NCBI GenBank assembly: GCA_016937995.1
Contig: JAFGVM010000098.1
Span: forward strand, 1 to 62,397
Source: Candidatus Delongbacteria bacterium
GTDB taxonomy: Bacteria > UBA4055
DNA length: 62,397 nt
Reading direction: 5' to 3'
Shown here: piece after piece, positions 59,148-62,397 of the stretch
How positions within the stretch are numbered: position 1 is the first letter of the stretch
How the letters are laid out: each line of letters begins with the position of its first letter
Notes under the pieces: model-generated
What the model was told of the DNA's origin: nothing
The model's database searches: none
Seen by the model: only the letters and a program-made list of their open reading frames with translations
Position numbers and translations under genes: made by a program

Positions 59148-60647
59148 ATGAAAAAATTTACATTTATCATGACTCTTCTGATGCTAATGAACTTATTCGC
59201 AGTTTACAATGTCGGTGATACAGTAGCTTCAAGCGATAATATCAGCTGGACCGATAATTATGGTTACTCTTCAGATATTTTTAAGGAAGTTTTCAAGGGT
59301 AAACCTGTAATGATCTTTTTCGGTCAGGACTGGTGACCTGGTTGTAATACGGCGGCGCCGTTATTGCAACAATGGTATGACGAGGAATTTGGACCAACGG
59401 GAACAGTTAGTGGTGGTGTTTATGCCGGAAAATCATACTGGTTGTGTACCGAGAATTGGGGGAGTATCTATCAGAATCCTTCACAAAATTATCCAATAGA
59501 CCTTGACGTTTACTATAATTCAGGGGGATTTTCCAACGGTTACGTTCCTTTGTTCATTGTAGTGGGATTTCAAAACAAAGTTTACTGGGATAATAACTCA
59601 TCTAATTTTAGAGCATCATTAAGACAGGCAATCGATGAGATGCAGGCCGAAGGTGTTTATGTTGATAAACCTGTATCCGACGAAAAACTGATCTTTGATG
59701 AATCACAGGACTTTGATCTTTCTCGTGTTTTCGTTGATATTGAAGGAAATCCTGTTACCGTAACTCTCGAGAATAACAGTGATCCGGGAATAGTGACAGC
59801 AGTTCTGAACGGAGATATCCTGACAATTACAGCCAACAATACTACATCAGGAACTTCAACAATCACCATTAAGGGAACTGCCGGTGAATTCTTTGATACA
59901 GATGAATTCACTATTTCAGTATTTGATCCTGCTTTGTATAATATTGAGAATTTTGAAACGGGCGACTTCAATAAATTCCCATGGAAATTCAGTGGGACAA
60001 AGAACTGGATAATAACCACATCTTCACCATATGAAGGTTCAAATTGTATTCGTTCGGCTGATATAAACGGTAATCAATCAGCTGAGACTTACTTAAACAT
60101 GGATTATCCTTCAGATGGTTTTATTTATTTTTGGTACAAAGTATCATCAGAGGGAAATTACGATTTTTTCAAATTCTACATTGACGGTATTGAAAAAACA
60201 CGTGTCAGCGGATCATCGACGTGGATCTATGCAACTTACCCTGTTTCTGCAGGATCTCACACATTCAAATGGAGATATGACAAAGATATTTCAGGTGACA
60301 GTGGAAGTGACTGTGCCTGGGTCGATCTTATTACTTTTGAGGGAGGAATGCCAACTTCAATTAACAATACAGAAGCCAGAATTCAGAAGTTAGAGCTTTA
60401 TCAGAATTACCCAAATCCTTTTAATCCGGCAACAGATATTTCTTTTTCTTTGAATAAGTCCGGACCTGTAAAACTTTCTGTATATAATCACACCGGTCAA
60501 TTGGTAAGTGATTTAGTTGACGGAACTTTATCAGAAGGTATGCATAAAATAAATTTTAATGCTTTGGACTTGAATAGTGGAATTTATTTTTATACATTAG
60601 AGACTAGTGAAAATTCTATATCTAGAAAGATGATGTTAATTAAATAA
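59148..60647 (+). CDS. Putative secreted selenoprotein 2: signal peptide, WUPGC redoxin domain, Ig-like, adhesin-like, T9SS sorting domain (499 aa, Sec63)
   Basis: ORFs 59148-59336 and 59364-60647 are in frame across TGA 59334-59336; readthrough GKPVMIFFGQDW-U-PGCNTAAPLLQQWY; C-terminal QNYPNPFNP...RKMMLIK. Confidence 0.9.
59341..59370 (+). other. Candidate bacterial SECIS hairpin 2
   Basis: GTTGTAATACGGC-GGC-GCCGTTATTGCAAC: 13 bp stem (one G-U pair, one bulged U), GGC loop after a 17-nt spacer from the TGA. Confidence 0.8.
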
Positions 60648-60659
60648 AAGGAAAGGTGT

Positions 60660-62318
60660 ATGAAGAAATTTTTATTTTTTTTCACGTTCTTGTTAACCCT
60701 GAACTTGTTCGCTGCATATAATGTCGGTGATACAGTTCTTCCTGAGGACAATCTGTCCTGGACGATTGAAGGTCCTGCTGGACATTTAGAGATAGGACAG
60801 TCTTCAAATATTTTTAATGAAATAGCAGGTAACAAGAAAGTTGCAATGATATTCTGGGGAGGAGCTGGTTGAATCAGCTGTCATGAGGCGGCGTCTCTTT
60901 TACAACCTTTATGGGAAGATATTTATCAACCAGGAGCTACTGGTTCAGCTGGTGCATATGCTGATAAATCCTACTGGATCGCTTCATATGACTGGAGTAC
61001 GGATACGAACCCTCTTCCTATGACATACCCTTATGATACAGCTTTATACGGCGTAGCTCTAACTTCTGGATTTGCCACAGGATCTGTTCCAACTTTCGCT
61101 GTAATTGGTTTTGAAAATAAAGTTTATTTTGATTCCACGCAAATATTGCCGGAAACTGTTGATGATATGGTAACTCGTCTTACTACAGCATTGAATCTTG
61201 CCATCGATGAATTCCCTCGTGATGGTGTCTACATCAACTCAAGAATTGATACTAGATATTACACTGCCGGAGATACTGAAGATATTGATGTAAGCAATCT
61301 TTTTGGAGAATTTAACGATTTAGATATAACATTAACACTGGAAGGTAACAGTGACCCTTCACTGGTTTCAGCTGTTTTGAACGGTACTACTTTATCGCTT
61401 GAAGCATTAGGTTCTGGATCAACTCCGGCTGTTATAACACTTAAAGGTGAATCGTCATATAATTTTAAAACCTTTGATCTGAATGCATATTCTAACGATC
61501 CAACAGCATTTTTAGGTATGAACCAAGGATTTGAAGAAACTTTATTTCCACCACCATATTGGGAAATTAAGTATAACACTGCAGCCGACGGTGGATTGAA
61601 CGGAGCCAGTCTTATAGACCCTGATCCATTGGAGGAAGCCTGGTTTGATAATACTCCGTCAGACGACTATCTAGGCTCAGACTATATCCATTCCGGAAAT
61701 AATTCTGCAGCAATAAAATATTGGGCACCGGAATTTAACTGGTTGATCTCACCTGAGATGCAATTAGACTACGATGATTATTTCTTGAAATTTTTCATTT
61801 GGTATGACAATAGCTATGAGACAATATTCCATGTTCTTGTTGATGATGGAACAAAAGGCTGGATTAGTATTTTAGATTACGATGGAAGTTCACCTAACAA
61901 TCATTTTGATTCTGAGGTTGAATTGAGCCTGAGTGCATATCATAACCAGACTATCAGAATTGCATTTGTTCACGAATATAATGATGGTATGGATGTTGCA
62001 CTCGATGATATTACTATTACATCACCTACCGGAATTGAAACACAAGCTACACCTAATACAATCTCATTAGTTCAGAACTATCCTAATCCATTTAATCCTA
62101 ATACACTAATAAGCTTTTCTTTAGTTAAAAATAGCAACGTTAAGCTTAATGTGTATAATCAGAATGGTCAGTTGGTAAGTACATTAATAAATAAAGAAAT
62201 GGGATCAGGACATCATTCCGTTAATTTTAATGCATTCGGTTTAAGTGCAGGAATTTATTATTATACATTAACTACTGACAAAAATTCTATCAGTAAAAAG
62301 ATGATACTTCTAAAATAG
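60660..62318 (+). CDS. Putative secreted selenoprotein 3: signal peptide, UISC redoxin domain, Ig-like, cleaved-adhesin-like, T9SS sorting domain (552 aa, Sec71)
   Basis: ORFs 60660-60872 and 61020-62318 are in frame across TGA 60870-60872 with no other stop; readthrough KKVAMIFWGGAG-U-ISCHEAASLLQPLW; C-terminal QNYPNPFNP...KKMILLK. Confidence 0.88.
60879..60904 (+). other. Candidate bacterial SECIS hairpin 3
   Basis: GAGGC-GGC-GTCTC apical stem-loop with TGT/ACA lower pairing; loop after a 17-nt spacer from the TGA. Confidence 0.72.
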
Positions 62319-62334
62319 TATCAAATGATACCAA

Positions 62335-62376
62335 GACTTATTCTACAGGGGGTTATTCTCCCTGTGGAATTAAGTC
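62335..62376 (+). other. Long hairpin after the selenoprotein array (possible terminator or mRNA-stabilising stem)
   Basis: GACTTATTCTACAGGGGG-TTATT-CTCCCTGTGGAATTAAGTC, about 18 bp with one bulge; no clear U-tract. Confidence 0.5.
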
Positions 62377-62397
62377 AATATACTGTTTAACAACTCC

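Noticed and set aside
57648-62318. Six separate ORFs or three nonsense-mutated pseudogenes
   Set aside because: Three diverged paralogues have TGA at the same aligned catalytic position with no other lesions and a conserved downstream hairpin; decay does not explain this
1-62397. Genome-wide UGA reassignment (genetic code 4 or 25)
   Set aside because: rimM and pilT end at TGA at their expected lengths, Trp is TGG, and the other long genes translate intact with the standard code
57519-62397. Selenocysteine machinery (selA/selB/selD, tRNA-Sec) near the array
   Set aside because: No such ORF or tRNA cloverleaf was recognised in this window; it must be sought elsewhere in the genome
1-62397. 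CRISPR array, rRNA, tRNA, tmRNA near smpB, transposase or integrase
   Set aside because: No regularly spaced repeats, no intergenic region with such structure and no recombinase motifs were seen

Overview
AT-rich bacterial chromosomal window, probably from an FCB-superphylum lineage. This is inferred from the QNYPNPFNP-type T9SS sorting domains and the extended S16; Ca. Delongbacteria-like is a guess. Most genes are housekeeping or metabolic: class II ribonucleotide reductase with tandem NrdR boxes, guaA, plsC, prlC, ffh-rpsP-rimM-trmD-rplS, smpB, hsp20-lon, an acetate/amino-acid region (acsA-like ligase, carrier protein, two kbl-like enzymes, actP-type symporter, ADP-forming acyl-CoA synthetase, ridA, tnaA), pilT-pilB-pilC, ispD, an ECF sigma/anti-sigma pair and a fused pgk-tpiA. 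The standout is at 57.66-62.32 kb. What the ORF track shows as six ORFs is three tandem paralogous genes, each with one in-frame TGA exactly at the first Cys position of a thioredoxin-fold CxxC (UNTC, UPGC, UISC). Each TGA is followed, at the same 17-nt spacing, by a GGC-capped hairpin with compensatory base changes (candidate bacterial SECIS). Read through, each gene encodes signal peptide + Sec-redoxin domain + Ig-like domain + adhesin-like domain + T9SS sorting domain, i.e. a candidate array of secreted or surface-displayed selenoproteins. No CRISPR array, rRNA, tRNA or transposase was recognised.
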